Positions 63,976 to 64,000 of a stretch of 64,000 nt of DNA are shown piece by piece. A program made the position numbers and the translations under genes. Source of the stretch: Octopus sinensis (taxonomy: Eukaryota); the NCBI RefSeq assembly GCF_006345805.1, contig NC_042999.1, positions 156,922,001 to 156,986,000 of the forward strand, written 5' to 3'. The first letter of the stretch is position 1, and each line of letters begins with the position of its first letter. A model generated the notes under the pieces. That model was not told the DNA's origin and searched no databases. It was given only the letters and a program-made list of their open reading frames with translations.

Positions 63976-64000
63976 CCAACATAAGCACAGACATTGCTGT

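Overview
AT-rich eukaryotic DNA, most likely an octopus (Octopus sp.) genome. This is inferred from the SINE/LINE families and microsatellite content, not from a search. One host gene is present: the 5' part of the RNA exosome subunit MTR3/EXOSC6 (+ strand, six GT-AG coding exons at 36293-62041, 182 codons in frame, continuing past the window). Most of the remaining sequence is mobile-element derived. It includes a near full-length R4/Dong non-LTR element in a (TAA)n tract, several Penelope-like elements with inverted terminal duplications, RTE and CR1 fragments, several tRNA-derived SINE families, Tc1/mariner copies, a Buster-type hAT with TIRs and an 8-bp TSD, and several MITE families. The most notable unannotated signals are: (1) minimal type I hammerhead ribozyme motifs with palindromic stem-III loops, two with an intact catalytic core (32193-32283 +, 18913-19028 -); (2) a 257-bp piece of EXOSC6 intron 4 copied into a retroposon in intron 3; (3) a MITE with a ~58-bp flanking duplication in the EXOSC6 promoter region. 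I see no prokaryote-type system and no clearly new protein-coding system. Element boundaries without TIR/TSD support are approximate.
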